DNA of 64,000 bases, from contig NOWV01000026.1 of NCBI GenBank assembly GCA_003344405.1, positions 496,001 to 560,000 of the forward strand, written 5' to 3'. Source of the DNA: Trichoplax sp. H2. Taxonomy: Eukaryota. Below the pieces are notes generated by a model that ran no database searches, was not told the origin of the DNA, and saw only the letters and a list, made by a program, of their open reading frames with translations. This document shows, one piece after another, positions 16,503-31,000 of the stretch. The stretch's first letter is position 1. Every line of letters begins with the position of its first letter. The translations under genes were made by a program, and so were the position numbers.

Positions 16503-18759
16503 ATGCGTCGTTTAGCTTTCCGACCGTTATGGAAAAGAGACACAATTCGTCCATTATGCAATGGTAAGATATACAGTACTGTACTACTTAGATAGTAATC
16601 AATGCAATGAATTTCTCTAGTATAGTATGCAATGATTGAGTTGCAAAGCGAGGTAAACGTGGATTTCCTGATGAAAATACAGTATCAATTTAAATCGAAA
16701 TTGTGTCAGAAGCCTTACTGTGAAGACACTATACATTTTTATAATAATACAATGTTGTTGCACTTATAATACTCAGTTAAACATTTGCTGCTACCAATAC
16801 AGTTATAAAATATGCATTGCAAAAGCAGACACAGCCACGATAGCTAGTGATCTAGTCCAAATCTCGCTTGCCAGTGTTGCACCGATGCTGAAGGCTGGCT
16901 ATGATTTGCTGAGGCAAAAGTATTTTCCTGCTAATATTTAATAATAAATGATTGCCAATGTAGCTAGTGGTTTAGGTTACCAACACGAGAGCCACCAGGA
17001 TGATGCGGAAAGCTCCATAAATCAGGAGACGGACACACGAAAAGTACTCTACAATCAACATATTCCAACTACTAATTTTCAACGTGCAGCGCTAGCCTTT
17101 GGTTCAGCCTTTGCAGCATTAAATGACCCAAGAAGGCATGGTAAATGTTGATTAGGAGTACTATAGAAACTGCTTCATGATTTTAACTAGCAGTTAGAAA
17201 TTACTTTTACGATCATATAAAACTACTGTACATTACATCGAAATTGATATTTTAAACAGTAAACTGTTACAAACTTACCAAATAGACTACTCATTCAGTT
17301 TGACTTTGCTGTACATTGAGTATACAGTACTGTCTACTGTATTAATACATGCGAAAGAATATGACGTAAATTATTAATTAATTATTGCGTCTCAGAAAAG
17401 AAAGATTACGTAACCAACGTATTCAAACAATTTGCAATACTTACTAATAACTTTAATACTTGCACGCACTTAATGAGATTGTAAAACGAGCGTTGATTAT
17501 CATCCTATAACATTTCCGCGTACATAACTCAATCAATCTATCATTTACAAAACGCAATTTGCCTTCAATATACTGCATAATCAAGCTATCATAGCTATAC
17601 TGATATAACTCTTTCCCGCAGTTATGGTTGCTGATCTCGGCGAAGCGACTGGACAGTTTGCCCTGGAAAGACTAAGATCAAAAATGAATGCGGATCCTTC
17701 TGGCCGCCAAATTCTTAGGTTCTACATTGATCGATAGCAATATTAACTTGTAGCAGATATACATGTTACTATTAACGATAAATATTCAACCGAAGGATAC
17801 CTATCGCATAAGAGATTTTTATCTGATCTGTAAAATGTGATGTATGCTATGTATTATCGGAATATTCAATTAGATCAATTTTCTTTTCAGGGAGAGGCCT
17901 AGAATCCATTCCTCTGTTGTAAACCTTGACAAGCTAAGAAATTTTCCGGAAGATTCGTTCGGAAAAGCATATGTGCAATTTCTTGATACTAATGTAATAT
18001 ATAAATTAAATTTTTACACGTTTAAAATGAGCGTCTTAAATTCGCTACATGGTTTCCGATAAATTTCATTCTTTTTAATGATATACAGGAAATCACGCCC
18101 GATAGCAGAATGCCTGTATGCTTTCAAATATTTCACTGCATAATCCACGTAACATTGTTATATGAATCAGATGCACTATCTACAGTTCTGGTAATGTCAA
18201 TTTTCTACATTCATTTTAGGTTCGTTTTGTAGATGACGAAGAACTCGCTTACGTGATGACCCGATATCGAGAAATCCATGACTTCGTTCATACTTTACTT
18301 GGACTATCGATTAGGTAGAAAATGGTACCGTAGCTTTTGCTAATGTTGACCACACATTTCTTACAATTGTGTTATATTTAACATTATTAGTGTGCCGAAT
18401 GAAATTATAGTGAAATGGTTTGAAATGATTCAAACTGGCTTGCCTATGTGCATGCTGGGGTCTTTCTTTGGACCTCTGAAACTTTCACTTGGGTATTAAA
18501 AGTAGCGATATCCTTTATTTAGAAAATACACGCATCATATAATCCTTCTGCAACTGATTTTACTTATGCTGCTAATTACAGGGATAATTTCATATTAACG
18601 AGGTACTATATACCATGGGTGGTCAATACTGCTAGGAAGGCAAAGTCAGTTATGAATGTCTACTTTGAGAAACAGTTTGATCGGCCAATAGAAACGCTAC
18701 GACAGGAATTAAATATTACTATACCGCCAAATGTACCTTTTGAAGGAAAATACATTTAA
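16503..18759 (+). CDS. COQ4: Ubiquinone biosynthesis protein COQ4, mitochondrial
   Basis: Arg-rich targeting-like first exon ([12 protein letters not shown]...). Later exons give [46 protein letters not shown] (HDxxH motif), [14 protein letters not shown] and VMNVYFEK. Stop at 18757-18759. Confidence 0.95.
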
Positions 18760-21700
18760 GTATTGACCATACGAGAATGATAACCTGTATTGCTTCGCTA
18801 TGATCAGTATACAACTCCGTAAGTGTACGAGCGTGCATGTTGTAATATGAAGAAAGAACATGTATGTCTACTGCATTGATATTAAAATATGCTGTGATTT
18901 GTACCGTACCCAATCGTAAGATGAACGCCTATCGATAGTAAAGAAACATCATGGAAGATTGATATTACGATATTGTTAACACGCATAATACAACATCTAA
19001 TGTTATTGCCGCTTCGGACAACTGCAGCACTGAATTGTCAAGTAACTGATTTATCTGAAATTCAAGTCTGAATGAAATGCTCATTTTTGCATCACATTAG
19101 ATTTACAGAATAAGGATAATATTATATTGTTTACAGTGGTCTTTTTCGTAAAAATGTGATTTTAGGAAAGTTGTAATTGAATCTGATTACGGATTTTATT
19201 ATAGATACCATTGCTACAGATATCCATTTCTCTATTGTACATTTTTATGGTAATCCAGAAGTGATAAAAGCATTTGTTTCTCATTCACTACGATACAGCT
19301 GCTTTAATTGTTACTGCTATTAAATAAATGTTAAACTTATGATAAAATGAATGAGAGAAGAATATGTCAATTTTTTTAAAATCTGTGTTGAGCGAGCTAT
19401 TAACAGCAGCTGTTATTCCTTCGTTGTTACTACAGAGTGGAATGTTTAAACGTAATGGCTGATATATGATCTTCAGTACAATTTAGCACCATAACGTAGG
19501 GACTGTTACTAATGCGATCTATTACGTTCATGGCGTAAGTTATTGCAGTACGAGTATAGAGAATTTTATTATCTAACGGATTCTAACCACATAATTTTAC
19601 TATATTTAACTTAATATAAATTGCCCAAAATATCGTACTTTTTCTTAATTCCAATTGTATGCTCAGGAAGATGAGAAAGATGAATTACAGTGCTGTGCTA
19701 CAAGTTATGACAGTATTATTGTGCTTGATTTGTAGAAACTTAGAAGTCAATTTTACTTTATTAAGTCTTTAAAATAGGTTACGTCATTTCAAAGCAATGG
19801 CTTTACCTTTCAAAGTTGTGTACGCGTACAGCAATAGAGCTTCTGTTGTTGTGCACCATTTTTTACTGAAGTAATTATAAGTAAGCAACCACAGTTTTTA
19901 ATACTGTATATACCTGATCCGGCGCAACCAGTTCTGCTGGTAAGCATAGTTGACAGTAGGCTCTATGACTATCCTAAATATTTCTTTTCGCAAACTACAG
20001 CCAAGAATGAAGTCGATTCACGTATAAACTGTTCTGTTATATTCGTAAATAGTCAAAAACCAGACGATCAACTTAAATTCGTAACAGAAACTACCTCATG
20101 CAATTCCTATTAGTACCGTGGAAATGGCCTATGCCTTTTATCTAATCTAAAAGCATAGCAGAATACTGCAAGGCCCCTTGATCCTATGCCCCCATGATGC
20201 CCGCTCCGACACTCGATCTAGGGCAGGACAATGGATTGCATTTTTAGGCCTTGCCAGTCGACAAGATACAGGATAGCGAATGAGATAGTAAATCATCGTC
20301 CTACGCATTCTCATCTATGCCTGCTACTGCTGTTCTTTCTATTACTGTACCGCTTAACTCTAACTTACCTTAACATCGCTGAAATTATAGCTTTTTCCTA
20401 CGCCTTTGCTACAACTGTTGCTGCTATTGTTTATTAATTAACCGATTAATCCCTAGTTATTTCGTAGTGATGCATGACGTAACTAACGATAAACTGCAGC
20501 TTTTACCTACTAGTATACTGCTGTTTTTTCCTTTCCGTACCCCATAACAGCAACTTACTGCTTAAATATGGAGCGAACTGCTTACTTTTATGGCAGAAAT
20601 GTCAATACTGACATGTTAATGTTTCAGCGTTTACTACAGTCAGCTACAAGTTTAAGCCTTAGGGTTTTCTCACTACAACTTCAATCCATAAATGTTACTT
20701 CACTACTCTACACTACTGTACTATAAGAAAAAGTAGTAATGTAGAGCTCAGCTATACGTGTAATATTTTATATGTAACACAGGGCAATGCCAGTAATGTC
20801 ATGGACCTAGTTAAACGAGCATCCTAATAACTTTAACTAGCTATAGCTATGCTTCCACTTTAATGTTGGTTCTACGTTTCTGAACAAAGAAAAGCAGCTT
20901 TTAGTAGTGCTAAGGGTGATAACATTGCTAATTTGCAATCATGAGTTTACTAAGTTTACTTGCAGCTACACATAAAATGGAATTTGGAGTACCAGCCACG
21001 AATCCGCCAACCCATTTCCAGGTTTACTTTGTCACTGTGCCACTATTTACAACAGCTTTATCGGCTGTAGTTCTTCGACTACAGTTACTATTTCTGTTCA
21101 TAACCGGTTTTAAACTGAGAGTATAATATGTTTACTCGTGAGTCAGTTGTAGTATTCGGTTAGAAATAAATTAATTCTAGAACCTTTCACTATACCGTTA
21201 ATGTTAACTATAAAAAGCTACAGTAATATAATTTCATCGCGAGTACCTTTTCATTAAATAGCTTTTGCACTCATTCAACCTTTACGTATTTTTAAATACA
21301 TAGCCCCATCTATCTTTAAGTATTAATGATAGTACGCCGCTAAATTAAGTGATGCAAAAACAACGGTATTTGCTTAGCAGAAGTTTTCCGTCATATCTAC
21401 ACTGTTCTTTACGGATGCAACAAAAATCCCCTAATGGCTCCTCCTCTCACTTCCCCTTTCCGTAAAAATTTCCAAAAATTCTTACAAAAAGTAAGAGGAG
21501 GAGGAATTTTTCTTTAGCAGTCTCTGGCAACTGTAGACAAACAATTTTAAATCTAGTTGAAATTAGCTCACTATAGCTTTACTGTTGCAATATTCTCTTT
21601 TTATTTAAAACTGATAAAATAGGGATGTACCACTGCATTATAAAATCGAATTAGTTTTGCCATTAAGAATAACTATTAAGGTTCTAGGGGAAATATGCAA

Positions 21701-22096
21701 ATCCAAGGATTAGTGATCAGTTAGCATCCAACGACTGTAGATCTACTAAAAATAAAAACTGATAATAATCTAAGGACTGAATAAAAGCAAGCTAAGCAAC
21801 ATTTTTCGCAAGATTCAGATAACAAATACCTTCAGGTTCTCTTAGAAAATTGTGAAGCTCTCAAAACAAACGTTGAAATTCATCAAAACTCTTTAATAAT
21901 CTCAATAGTAATCAATAAAAAACTTAGAAAACTATACTAGCAACTGATCTTGAAACATTAAAACTTAGCCATCAAAACAGTAACTTTTTCAGTACCAGGG
22001 ATACGTTTTATCACTAATATCAATTTAACTAATAAACCATAGGGAAACAAATTTCAATCTTTAAACATCATTATAATATTTATCAAATTAATTATT

Positions 22097-22138
22097 TTAA
22101 GGTTAAGGTTAGGATTAGGGTTAGGGCTATTGTTAGGG
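22097..22138 (+). repeat. Short degenerate TTAGGG-like hexamer run
   Basis: ttaagg ttaagg ttagga ttaggg ttaggg ctattg ttaggg. Confidence 0.7.
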
Positions 22139-23051
22139 ATAGCGTTGAGCTAACCCTCTATGAATTACTTGAATTACTTGCATGAAAAGATTTTATGTGA
22201 GCAAAAGCTATTAATACCCTATCCTGGTGGATAATGGATATCCGTTACAGTATTAATTTTCTTTGTTTTAGTCTATTCAATTCCCTATTTTGTCCAATAT
22301 CGTTATTATTATTAATAACTTAAACGTAAGTGCATCAATCTATCAATCGCTCCATCTCAGTAACTAAGGGTTTACTGCTGTTAAGAACAAATGCGTTAAA
22401 GTGCAAATTACATTATTGAAGATTTCATGAAGCAACAAGTTATAAATATATATTTGAAATTTAGATAACAAAAACTTGAGTCGAGTCTGAGGTCGGTATT
22501 ATGAAGTGATAAATATTCACTGTCCTGTGATTATAATTATTTAATCGGGGTTGAAAAGCATGATAATGCATGTTTATTTTAATACTTGGATATAATATAA
22601 ATACTAAAATATAATTTAGATTAATCATTTTGTTAGTTGTACAAAATGAAAAATCTAGCGGCCTCAAATATGGCCATTAATTTCTGAGTGATTATAAAAT
22701 AATCTTCAAATTTTAAAATATAAGCATCAGTTTGGGATGATGTATCAATTTTATTCACCCCCCTGTGGTATAATTCATATATAGAGTAAGCTATGGATAG
22801 CTAGCAATTTTAATTTATTATTGTACCACAATCTAGAATTCGTTTAAATCTTTGAAATTATCTTTATTTAAATAAGAAATTGTTTGTAACTTTTTAAATT
22901 CCGATTCTGGTACGCAGCAATAAATTATCTTACTGTATTAATAGTAGATTGCCTACGTATGCTATCCGGTCATGTACTTAAATTAAGTAATCATTTAAAA
23001 CAAGGCCTTTACAAATGTGATATTATTTTAAGATATCGGTATCTATCTATT

Positions 23052-26000
23052 TTATATAGGCGAAATCTTAACAAAAATATCTCGATCTGGCTGCAATACT
23101 GTATATCTTGCCAGCTTAACATCTTCACTTTCGGGCAATATTTCAAATCGAAAAGCTGAAACAAGTATAGTAAATATTACTTTAACTTCTATCAGAGCTA
23201 GCTTTTTCCCAATGCAACTGCTACTGCCTAGTCCAAATGGCGAAAAGGTGAAATTATCATAATTTTTTTCTTCCATAAATCGGTCTGGATTAAATGTTAA
23301 TGGATCTTTCCAGAATTTTTCAAGCCTAATAAGGAGGTAGTTTTAATACTCACTACTACTTAATAGTGCTACCTTGCTACTAGCATTCAAAGTGTCATGA
23401 TTCTGGATCATGCTGATAAATGGCAATACAGTGTCAGAAAATGGTTGTAATATTGTTCCAAAAGCACATTTACAACGATATCATGCCCGTTATCGTAATG
23501 TACTACTTTCAAATGATAAATAAACATATGCCGTATTACATAATATTGTTACACGACTCAACAATTATATTTATGTAACCATAGCCTATTTTGCCTTAAA
23601 CTAGGCATGACTAACCTGTGTGTGACGGCTAGACATAGAAACAGTTTAGTTCCTTTCGGGATATAATAATCTCCAATAACATCATCCACTATAGACTCTC
23701 TTTCTACAGCGGGTGCAGGAGGATATAATCTATTCCATAAGTAACAAGAAATGATTTCGTCTACTTATCACACAAGATAATATCGTCATAACTCAACTAG
23801 TAATTAGACTTTTACACATAGGTTTTACTTTACAACTCAAGCTTTGCATCGTTAATTAATACCGTAATGATTCTTTAATGACACAATCTAGAAACTTCAT
23901 TGATGAAATAGCTTCCCAGGTGTTTGACTTTGGGGTTGAATTGATTTTTTCTTTAACTTCTTTGCGTAATCGATCTTGAATAAGTTGATATTTAGCTAAG
24001 CAGAACATTGTCCAGATGAAGCACGATCCGACCGTCTATATTGATTGATTGGAAATATTGGATAACGTTATGGTCTAAATTTAATACGAAAATCTGTATT
24101 CATATATATTTGATGTGAGTTAGCATTACTACTGTGCATGGCTACTTTGTAAATTATGCCTACATCTTTTCCGGCAATAATAAACGTCATTAGCTGATCA
24201 CGTAGTTCATCATTGGATAGTTTACTATTTGTCCGCAGATCTCGAACCTTTAAGAGTAAATCCAAAAGATCCAGAACTTTACCATTTTCTAAAAATTTCA
24301 ATTTTACTATTGTTAATTTTCGCACGATAGACTGTACAAGTTGAATAATCAAATAAAATGAAACAACAATAAGGGAGATGATCAAAAGCTGAGTAAAATA
24401 CAAAAATTTAAGTAGAGTATTTCCTATCCTTTACATTTACCTCTTCCCATAAGCGTACTGCACTAAAAATTTCGTAATCTAAACTATTGATGTGACTCAT
24501 GTCAACTATTGATGTCAAACATGTAATCTAACTTTGGTTACCATATCTAATACCTGAGCTGTTATATGATGGTTGTTTGTGTCTTTTTCTAGTTAGTGAG
24601 TCATCTAGCATCTTATTAAGTTCTTTATCCGCATTCTGAAATTGCTTAACATTTCGAAAAGGTATTTGATTGAAGAATGGTAAGCTTCTCAAAAGACTAT
24701 ATAGTGATGACACAGAATACCCTTTACAACAACTTTATAGACTCCCATCAATTTATTGCCCATTATATATAGTCGATAGTGCAACGAAGCATTATGCTTT
24801 TCATTTATACGTATACAGTTATCAACTTGCGAATTGAAATTCTGCGATTCTAACATACCTACAAAGGCAGGGATAACAATTTGTAACAGTTCCACCATTT
24901 ATACATTATTCTTACCTAATATAGTTGTTTGATAATACAAAACTAATGTTTTCTGATAATGTAGACCGATTAGAGTTACTGAGCGACCCAAAATCACGAT
25001 TTAATACAAATTTTCCGATTATATCTGATGTCTATTGAATTTAAATGAATATAAGATTTAGAAAATACTTTTAAAAGAGTCGGAGCGTTAGAATAGAAGC
25101 AAAATAAAAATGACTAGTTTACGTTTGTGAATATTTAGATTGGTTATCTTAATAATAAATACTAGAAACTAGACCTATAATGTTTCGAAGCCCCTGAATA
25201 AAACGTCTTATAAAAAGTAAAGATTAACATACCGCTGCTCCAAAATAGCTGTTAATCGATACCACTGCTGTTTGATTACTGCTGGAACTGATTTCTTTTG
25301 CCCATAAATCTTTAATTTTATATCCAACTTCCTCGATTGTTACTACAAGTTCTGACCGTTATAAGTATCCGGTTCGTAAACAATTTTAAAATTAAAAAAT
25401 TTAGAAATTTTAGGAATTAACACGCGGAAGAGTTTCGAATGTAAGGTGTGATGTCTTTACAAGTTAGAACTAATTAACACTATTAATTTTAATAATACTG
25501 AACGCTGTACAGGATACATCGCTGTATTGGCCCTAATTTAGGTGAACCTTTGATATTTGATAGCTTAAATACTGGATTAAGCATTTTTCTTTGCCACACA
25601 TGGTCACTTTTTGAACAAGTCAACAGTCCGTTTCCTAGTAATCTCTGAGTAGGCCTTTTATCATGATTATGTAAAATTAAGACAAACTATTGTAAAAAAT
25701 GTAAACATAAAAACGATAACTAAAATTTTACAGTATTTATCTAATGAAGCAATTAATGGAAAGACTTTATTAATGTAAAATGATTATTATACCCAAAATA
25801 GTTATCGGGTTTCTTGTATCTAGATTCATAATCGATCAAAACGTGCTTGAAAACTTTAGGATCAGCTGTTAAAATTACTGGTGATCCAAGCCAAAAGTGC
25901 ATACGAATGGTAAGGCCATACTTATTTATCCACCTATAAGAAATGCTTAATTAAACTTTATTGGCATAGTATTATTAAAAGGTCCTATGAAATTGCAACA

Positions 26001-26631
26001 CATTATGCTGCAAAGATAGCTAGAACAAGTAATTAAATTAATTGCAACACGAGCTTATAGTTCATCTAATGTAATGCCAATGAGATCTACGATTTCGGAA
26101 GTAGTTAATTGTAACTGATAAATTGTTACTTTTTCATGACAGTAGTTATTATAACATCACCTGAAATAACTTGATAAGTATTCTTCATTACTTAACTCTC
26201 TTAAATTTCCATAGAGCAGTGAATATGGAGGACCAGGAATCTGTTCTTGTTTCAATTATAAACCGATATAAATCGCATCAATTCTATCATGAATGTCTTA
26301 TATTAATGCTATTTGCTAATATGTAAGTGTATAGTAAAGATAGTAAAACAATTACATTATAATTTTTTAAACGATGCAATGAACTAGAGATGTCAATTCT
26401 TACTGTAATTATCAGTAAGTAAAAATTACAAACCAAATTATAACTCTTTCTCTAGTCTTGAAACTTCATTTAACGTACCTTCTTTAAAGGTGATGTATAA
26501 TGTCTAATTAGCCAGGATAAAATTACGTAAATTAATAGGATGGCAATTACAGAGATGAATTTATTCAAGAACGACGATTGCAAGAATTCATTAAGTATGT
26601 GTTCAAGCCAATAGAAAAATTCTGACTCCAT
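23052..26631 (-). CDS. Microsomal cytochrome P450 (tentatively CYP4/CYP3-clan-like)
   Basis: N-terminal TM anchor followed by IPGPP. Further motifs: LLGNGLL, LRDQLMTFIIAGKDT (I-helix), KESLR (ExxR), YYIPKGT, FNPDRF and heme motif FGLGSSSCIG. The exons I checked join in frame. Confidence 0.92.
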
Positions 26632-28057
26632 CGCGTTAATCTTTCTAGATATTTTCTTTACAGCAAACTTAATACAGATGACTAAAACTAATCAAATATT
26701 AATTCTGCACGTACCGATCAGTCGATACAGAAATTTGATCGTATGTAACACTCTGCTGTCGTTTATGATGGTTTCAATACATTGCTTTACGTTCATAGTA
26801 ATTCTACAGAGTTTCTATGGAATCGGATTTGCATAAAATATTTACAGACTTTGCCCTAATTAGTAAATTGGTTTTAATTCCATTATGCCAACTGTCGCTA
26901 ATAATGACCTTTGGACATTTCTTCTATTGAGAACGTGATTACACATTAATAATTATTAGTTTACAGCTTCAGGGATGGCCATAGACTTGATACTCCTGCA
27001 TCTCTTGAAAGTAATAATTTCTACAAGTCTTTCTAATAAAATGAAATAAATGCTACTATGGGAATCAAGATATTGGCTATTTACTTTACTATAGCATTAG
27101 TTTGTACGTTTAAGTAAGTATGGCGGAAATTACCGTCAGAAATAGAAAATAATCTTGCAGGTAGAAGTATTCTATTGGTATCTTTAATTCTTAATCATCG
27201 AATTTTATTCGATTGCATATGAAATTATTTTTACTATAATTATGCAGAGAGTTTTCTATAGTGCCATATGCAGTACTGTGTACGTGTACAACATACACAT
27301 GCTGTATACAGTACAACAGCGCTGTAGTGCTTCTTTTTTGATAAATTACTAGACTCGGCTAGCTATTATATTATAATTATCGGTTCCGGAGTATCATAAT
27401 GTACATAAACTCCGCATCCCCTTAACTGTCTGATTTAATGAATTATATCAGTAAATAACTAATACATAGTAATTCAAATCCGTAGAAATTATCAACGCAC
27501 GTATAACAATAGTTGACGATTGAAGCTACGATAACGCTTATTTCCGTTATATCTAACTGATAGATACGCAACGCAAACAAATTAATCAGATAGAAATCAG
27601 GGCTATACAAAAAATTATCGAATATTTGGAGCCTAGAATACAAATTTAAAGCACAAAGAAAGATAGCGATATTAAAATAAATTACATAAACCATTAATGC
27701 TATAACTTTACTCTATATTTAACTACAATAAATATGCGTATGTTATGATCCAAGTCAGATATGTAAGCACATCATAAGGCATGGATTGAATATATAGGAA
27801 GAGTTTGCCTTCATACTTATCTGTTCATAGTAACTGTAAAGGTAGGTTAAATGTAAACAAATCGCAGTATGCTCATAATTATAATTTAACCTCTATAGCG
27901 ATTGATTGCAAATTTTAAAGCAGCCACATCTAAAAATGTTCAAAAACATCTATATAGTACGAATTTAACTTTTGTTAATTGGAATGCCAGCAGCTCACTT
28001 TTATTTCGATCTTGTATGTTATTTTAAATGCGAGAATTGTAATAAAAGTATAATGTA

Positions 28058-31000
28058 CTATAACTGTTTGAAGGATATATTAACATATTCGTCCTCAAAG
28101 TTATTACCGTTAAAGTTATCATACATAGCTTCAATATCGTCGTCGTCATTCGATGCTGGTGACTCACTTTTATCCTCAAAGTTATTACCATTAAAATTGT
28201 CATACATTGCCTCAGTATCGTTATTAGATACCGGTATTTCATATTCACCTGTAAAGTCAGCATTATCAAAACTGTCATATATTGCATCGAAACTGTATTC
28301 ATCATTCCTTAACACCGTTAATTCCTGTCGCACTCTAGTCGAAGCCTCATGTGAAATACTTGTGTTTTCTAGCTGGCCAGATAAAGTGTCAACATTATGG
28401 CTATTCTTGTTACCATAGCTATCTTGTTGCGTTGATATGGTAGTTGTAGAGTGTATCTTCTTTGCACTTTCCAGTTTATCAGGCGAAATTTCAACGATGC
28501 CATTTTCTCCATCACGGCTAATTCGCTGCTGCTTTGGCGTGGAAATTTCACTTAAATTATCATACATTGTATCAGCAGTATTACTCCATGTATTGCCATC
28601 TACATATTTCGACATGGATACCGCAGTTTGTTCGAAATCTTCTGAATTGGCTGCTGATCCACTATCGTAATCATCCGTTACATCATGACGTGGCTCTATT
28701 TGAGTTCCCATGATTGTGTACTCCTGAGCATTGGCAATTTGTGCTCCTTCCAAAACGGCATAGGTCATATCACTGCATGAATCTTTACAAAATGTTGCGT
28801 ATTCGCTATCTGATGGGTTAGGTTTTGTTTTGACTGTTTCTTCCATATCTTGGCTATAGCGAACAGTTAATACACCGGAATTGCTATCACTTGACACTCG
28901 TTTGCCGCTATAACTATGTGACAACTGTTGCTTTTGATTGGCGTTGTTGTCTAATCCATATACAGGATTACGATCTAGTAGAGACCGAGATTGATAGTTA
29001 GGATATAAATTGACGCAAGTGCTTATATTACTATTCTTCTTCTTACCTGAACAGCTTTGACACGCTGAATTATTTAATCTCATATTTTTGATATTTGCCC
29101 ATTCGTTGAACTTGAATGACCCACTGGCACTGGCAGTGCCACGATCTATAGCAATTTTTGGTGTAGCAATTGGTTGACTAGTTGTATGATCCTTAGCTGG
29201 CGATTTAGTTGGTGTTGCTATTTCAGATGATGCAATGCCACCTAAATTGAGACTGTTAAAGCCAACGGAATATTCGATGAAGGTATCCATTTTATCGTAG
29301 TCTTCATATACAGATGTCATCTTTCGTTGAATAGAGTCCCTTGTCCCTTCATCTGCTGACTTAAATTTATAGGTGATACTACAACTGATGAGTCGATTAA
29401 TTTCAACGTTGTCTTGGCCTTTCGTGTAAAAATGATATTCGCCTTGGCCTAGCAATGATCTTCGACCTGATTCGAAGGTAAATCGATTGCTCCCTGTACA
29501 GTTGAAGCTTCGAATGCAGCGGTATGACCACATAGCTATAATCGATTGAGAATCTTTTTCCGCTAAAATAATACCACTGGTGCATAACCATAAAAAGCAT
29601 TTATTGATTGCAGCGATTCCCAGCTGCTGCATGGATTTAGAATCGGTAGTCTGAATAGGGTACAAATTACCTATTGGAGGATTATCATATTTCAGAAATG
29701 AAATTCGAGTTAATAGTTGAGTTGGCGTTCAGCGTTACGATACCGAGACAAAAAAAAGAGTAATTAAAAAATATTACAGATCTCACAAATTTAACTTGCA
29801 AATCGATGTCTTTCAAAATAGTTTTATGAAATTTCACTATTTGTACAAATTGGCGACACTACAATACTTGGTTTTATAAAGTTTATAAATTTACCTTCAG
29901 TTGATGGTTTCAGAGTAGCCATCCGCTGAATTTTTTGGATCCAAGAATCCTGTATAGTCCTGTTTTCAGCGGCTATGCGTAATATTTTCTTTTGTGCAAT
30001 GACCTCCAAGACATATTCCCTGTCGTAGTTTGTCTTACTAAAACTATTGTGTTGGCTGCAGCGGACAACACGAAAGTTTGGAAATAGAATCATTGAGCCT
30101 TTCTTTGGTTTACTATTATTCCAAGCGTTCTCATTTTCGTAGTAGTCAATTATACCAATTTTACTCATTCTAGAACGGCGTAATATTACAAAACGGCGTC
30201 TCCATTTCGATGCAAACCATGAACTAACGCTTCTATCACTTACGTTATCAACTGCGATTATTTTTAATTTCAGGAGATAGCCCTACAAGATGAATCAGAA
30301 GTGGGTTAAAAAATTGTGGTGGAAAGTTGTGAAGAAAATCATGTTTTCTTCACACGCGATTTCAATTACTAGAATAGTGTTCTATAGTATTGCGGTTAAA
30401 AGAATCAATATTTCGGCTGAAAGATAAGGTAATTATTTTCGGTATATATTATTACGTGGCATCGTGAGCCATGCTCGATTGTGCACATGGCTTGTAACAT
30501 ATACGTGTATAAGTATATCACGATGCAAAATCTGGGTTACAACACGTAATTATTTCAAATCTACATGCTTAGAATTTAATTTTGAGGTGCGTTTAATAAA
30601 AGGATCATTTCTATTATATCTTTCATTGAACTTTAGACCTTTACTTTGGCAATATCGATGTAATTATATAATAATAGCCAGCTTAAATAAAATGTCTGAC
30701 AGTTAACGTTTACTAAGGATAAATTCTCTAAAATTTCCGTACGCAGAATTTCTAAATATGAAACGATTTGAGTTTGACTTGGATAAAAATTCTTTTAGAG
30801 TCATATCGAATTGTCAGTCGTAATAAAAATCTCAACACTATTTGAGGTATGAAGGCATGTGAAATATTTGAATCACTGCCGGGTGTATGTTCCACGTACA
30901 AGATCCGTCACGCTGATTTTCATGAAGAAAATTGAGAAATGCTCAATAACTGTTACAGTAGCTACAAGTAAAATCGTTTATGAATTACATAAGAACAAAT

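Noticed and set aside
20129..20670. Telomerase RNA hypothesis (AACCCTAA on - at about 20659-20666; CR4/5-like junction and H box on +)
   Set aside because: The template-like word and the CR4/5-like order are on opposite strands. I found no convincing pseudoknot, P6.1 loop or ACA box.
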